NCBI GenBank assembly: GCA_964617715.1
Contig: CAZTZN010000004.1
Span: 5,639 to 69,638, forward strand
Reading direction: 5' to 3'
DNA length: 64,000 nt
DNA from: an uncultured Armatimonadia bacterium
Lineage (GTDB): Bacteria > Armatimonadota > Zipacnadia > Zipacnadales > UBA5352
This document shows positions 61,687 to 64,000 of the stretch, piece after piece (the first letter of the stretch is position 1; each line of letters starts with the position of its first letter). The notes under the pieces are model-generated. The model saw only the letters and a list, made by a program, of their open reading frames with translations, ran no database searches and was not told the DNA's origin. The translations under genes and the position numbers were made by a program.

Positions 61687-63267
61687 TCAGATGTGCGGCG
61701 CCGGCGGGCCGGACTCCTCGCTTTCCTCCGGCAGCGTCATGAACACCGCGTTCGGGTCCTCTCCGCGGCGTCGGCGCGCCGCCCACATCCAGCCGAAGAT
61801 CGCCGCACCGACCGCCATGACCACCAGCCACTGGACCACGATGCTGCCGGTCAGCGCCCCCACAACCGTGCCCTCGCCCTGCACCGCTGCAGTCAGGTTC
61901 TCGGCCAACGCGCCCAGATCGGCGACCACCTGCGTGTACAGCAGCACCCCGATGCTCACGATGCACACCAGGGCGACGATCACCTGGGCCGTGCGGTCGC
62001 GCATGAAGGCCACGCGCGCGTAGAGCGTGGGGTTGCGCCGGGGGAAGGTGATGACCGACAGACCGATGAGGATGTAGGTGAAGCACAGCGCGACGACCAC
62101 GATGTCGATGCCCTTGAAGAAGCCGTGCACGTTGCAGCCGATGGCGATGACGCTGGCCACCAGTGCTGAGGTGGTGAGCGCCCAGTGCGGCGTGCTGAAG
62201 CGCTCGTTGATGGCCGCCAGCCCGCGCGGGAAGATGCCGTCCTCGGCCCATGCGAAGAACAGGCGCGACACCGCCAGCAGGATCGGCGGCAGGTCATTGG
62301 CCAGCGCGACCGCAGCCATCAGCGCCACGAACACCGCCAGGCTCGCGGGCATGATCACGCCCATGATCTCGGGCACCGACAGATCGGTCCCCGGCACGAT
62401 GCTCGCCACCACCTCCCACGGCACTGCGTGGTAGACCGCGGCCGAGAACAGCATGTAGTAGCCGGTGATCACCACCGTCGCGAGCAGGAAGGCGCGGGGG
62501 AGCAGGCGCGAGGGATCGCGGCATTCGCCCCCGGCCTGTGAGATCGAGGCAAAGCCGACGTAGGCGAAGAACAGGATGCTCACCGCGCTGAGCAGCTCGG
62601 AGAACCCGCCCTGCGCCGGCGGCGCGGAGTCGCCCACGGGCCAGTTGCCCGAACTGTCGATGAGCGTGGCGCCGGTGGAGGCGGGGGTCAGGAAGCCGTA
62701 GATGATGACCATGAGGCCGCCGGCGAGCATCAGGCCCATGAGCACGATGACCGTCCACCCGTATCGGCGCACGCCCACGAGGTTGACCAGCCAGAACACC
62801 CAGATCATGGCCAGCGGCAGCCACAGTGTGGCCGCGCCGGTCTCCAGCCAGGCCGCGAGGTCGGTCATGTTCGCGTGCAGCGCGGCGGCCTTGAGCAGCG
62901 CCACATCCATGTAGGCGATGACCCCGCACGCCGCCGCCAGCCCGAACCACTTGCTGAAGGTCGCGATGAAGCCCACGAAGGGGTGCAGAGCGCGGGAGAT
63001 GTAGATGTACCCCCCGCCCGCCCGCGGCATCGCCGAGGACAGCACCCCGTATGACAGCGCGGCAAACAGCGCCGGAATCGCCCCCAGCATGAAGGCCAGT
63101 GGCACCAGGCTGCCGATGCCCGGCACCTTCTCCTGAATCTCGACCGTGAGGACGTTGATCCCCCCGCCGATGACCGTGCATACCGCGGTCGCAACCAGCG
63201 CCAGCAGCGTCAGCTCACGGCGCAGGCGGGGGCTGCCGGTGGGCGCGCTCGTCGGTTGTGTCGCCAT
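61687..63267 (-). CDS. APC-superfamily amino-acid/polyamine permease, 526 aa
   Basis: Twelve hydrophobic spans. N-terminus RLRRELTLLALVATAVCTVIGGGI matches the APC signature. Confidence 0.85.
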   Translation of the reverse strand: MATQPTSAPTGSPRLRRELTLLALVATAVCTVIGGGINVLTVEIQEKVPGIGSLVPLAFMLGAIPALFAALSYGVLSSAMPRAGGGYIYISRALHPFVGFIATFSKWFGLAAACGVIAYMDVALLKAAALHANMTDLAAWLETGAATLWLPLAMIWVFWLVNLVGVRRYGWTVIVLMGLMLAGGLMVIIYGFLTPASTGATLIDSSGNWPVGDSAPPAQGGFSELLSAVSILFFAYVGFASISQAGGECRDPSRLLPRAFLLATVVITGYYMLFSAAVYHAVPWEVVASIVPGTDLSVPEIMGVIMPASLAVFVALMAAVALANDLPPILLAVSRLFFAWAEDGIFPRGLAAINERFSTPHWALTTSALVASVIAIGCNVHGFFKGIDIVVVALCFTYILIGLSVITFPRRNPTLYARVAFMRDRTAQVIVALVCIVSIGVLLYTQVVADLGALAENLTAAVQGEGTVVGALTGSIVVQWLVVMAVGAAIFGWMWAARRRRGEDPNAVFMTLPEESEESGPPAPHI

Positions 63268-63487
63268 GGGTCATCCTCCGCGTGCAGAGTATTGGCGTGG
63301 CGGCATGCTGCCGTCGCGATGGTTCGCACCGGCGGCCCCCGAAACCTGCCGGGACCTGCAGGTCGGCTGCGCCCGGATTGCCGGTCGCGCCGGTTGACCG
63401 CGCTCGCGCCATGCGGGTATCATCCGCCGGTGAGGCGGGGGAGCACGCCCGGACGCTCACATCACCCATCGCTGGAGGGTTACCTGC

Positions 63488-64000
63488 ATGGACACACCGA
63501 TCCGCATCGGCGTCATCGGCATCGGGGGGCGCGGGCGTATCGCCCGCCACTGGAAGCGTGAGGACGGGCTGTCGGTGGTGGTCGGCGGCGCCGACATCAC
63601 CGACAGGTACTTCGACGAGTTCCGCGAGTTCAACGGTGATGACGTCTTCCTCACCCACGACTACCGTGAGCTGCTCGCGCGCGATGACATCGATGCCATC
63701 GCGGTCACTTCGCCCGACTTCACCCACGAGGAGTACGCCGTCGCCGCGCTCGAGGCGGGCAAGCACGTGTTCTGTGAGAAGCCGCTGGCCATCACCATCG
63801 AGGGCTGTGACCGCATCCTCGAGGCGTGGCGGGCGTCGGGGAAGCACTTCATGGTCGGCTTCAACATGCGCTACATGCGCATGTTCAGAGTAATGAAGTC
63901 GATCGCCGACGACGGTGTCATCGGCGACATCAAGGCCGTCTGGGTGCGGCACTTCGTCGGGCAGGGCGGCAACTTCTACTACCATGACTGGCACGCCACC
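63488..64000 (+). CDS. Gfo/Idh/MocA-family oxidoreductase, N-terminal 171 codons (continues past the window edge)
   Basis: MDTPIRIGVIGIGGRGRIARHW Rossmann fold; HVFCEKP. The open frame runs to the window edge. The ORF is not in the track because it has no stop within the window. Confidence 0.8.
   Translation, partial: MDTPIRIGVIGIGGRGRIARHWKREDGLSVVVGGADITDRYFDEFREFNGDDVFLTHDYRELLARDDIDAIAVTSPDFTHEEYAVAALEAGKHVFCEKPLAITIEGCDRILEAWRASGKHFMVGFNMRYMRMFRVMKSIADDGVIGDIKAVWVRHFVGQGGNFYYHDWHAT

Noticed and set aside
62294-63181. 295-aa minus-strand ORF inside the APC permease gene
   Set aside because: It is an alternative frame of the same strand. The 526-aa frame has 12 TM segments and the permease signature, and this frame is Arg/Gly-rich.
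1-64000. tRNA, rRNA, CRISPR, transposase, integrase, phage or defence-system genes
   Set aside because: By-eye scanning found no T-loop consensus GGTTCGAATCC, no rRNA-like conserved stretches and no spaced direct repeats. The only tandem repeat is the heptamer SSR. No ORF resembles a transposase, integrase, restriction-modification enzyme or known defence component. I could not run tRNAscan or Infernal, so small RNAs cannot be excluded.

Overview
This 64-kb window is about 70% GC and gene-dense, with roughly 55 protein-coding genes on both strands. I found no rRNA, tRNA, CRISPR array, transposase or integrase. Because of the GC content, nearly every real gene is shadowed by long antisense or off-frame ORFs. 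I chose genes by homology-like sequence motifs, signal peptides, Shine-Dalgarno spacing and tight operon junctions (ATGA overlaps), and re-derived many start sites.

Gene content, in order:
- 1-20.1 kb: an island of secreted polysaccharide-active proteins. It includes a beta-helix protein, a heparinase II/III-like protein with a carbohydrate-binding module, large proteins carrying LamG-type concanavalin-like domains, a GH29-like barrel, a DUF1080-like protein, and a 662-aa polytopic membrane protein.
- 20.4-24.0 kb: GDP-mannose supply genes manC, manB and manA.
- 24.4-30.3 kb: a MarR regulator followed by a tightly coupled TolC-MacA-MacB(ATPase)-MacB(permease) efflux operon.
- 30.9-31.6 kb: a pseudopilin-like protein with a prepilin N-terminus and an H-X9-DG C-terminus.
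- 31.8-38.4 kb: a C45-type Ntn-hydrolase lipoprotein, an NrpR-like winged-helix regulator, a Big_2 lipoprotein, a PAP2 phosphatase, and a BNR-sialidase-like protein with a LamG domain.
- 38.4-45.2 kb (minus strand): an archaeal-style nitrogen-assimilation block. Glutamate synthase is split into three proteins (GATase-II, FMN/Fe-S, GXGXG) with an inserted ferredoxin plus FAD-dependent NAD(P)H oxidoreductase, next to a GSI-alpha-type glnA.
- 45.8-49.8 kb: a 1359-aa secreted LamG protein.
- 50.0-55.8 kb: a Tat-exported aldo/keto reductase, a DUF362 Fe-S protein, a PIG-L deacetylase, a PQQ-like beta-propeller and a Gfo/Idh/MocA oxidoreductase.
- 55.9-57.9 kb: a second ~660-aa membrane protein, paralogous to the one at 3.0 kb.
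- 58.1-64.0 kb: a CheY-like response regulator, msrA, a secreted propeller protein, two more Gfo/Idh/MocA oxidoreductases and an APC permease.

The pseudopilin type, the PQQ-like propellers and the many Gfo/Idh/MocA genes suggest a PVC- or Armatimonadota-like bacterium. That is a guess, not a demonstrated assignment.

Main observations for the hunt:
1. A conserved upstream sequence module of about 75-100 nt recurs in the same orientation in front of manC, the PAP2 phosphatase gene, the C45 hydrolase gene (3' half only) and the response regulator (halves split by 143 bp between CCGG copies).
2. A heptanucleotide tandem repeat, (AAGTCGC) x about 6.4, lies in the 5' region of a Gfo/Idh/MocA gene.
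3. A paralogous pair of uncharacterised ~660-aa membrane proteins is embedded in glycan-enzyme and oxidoreductase operons.
4. The archaeal-type split-GOGAT, GSI-alpha and NrpR-like combination sits in a bacterial context, with a degenerate receiver-domain remnant upstream of glnA.
5. Candidate MarR operators (GTTGC-N-GCAAC) lie in front of both marR and the efflux operon.
6. A 620-nt non-coding gap contains an AT-rich 9-codon uORF with a strong SD.
7. Several perfect palindromes and one clear intrinsic terminator are present.
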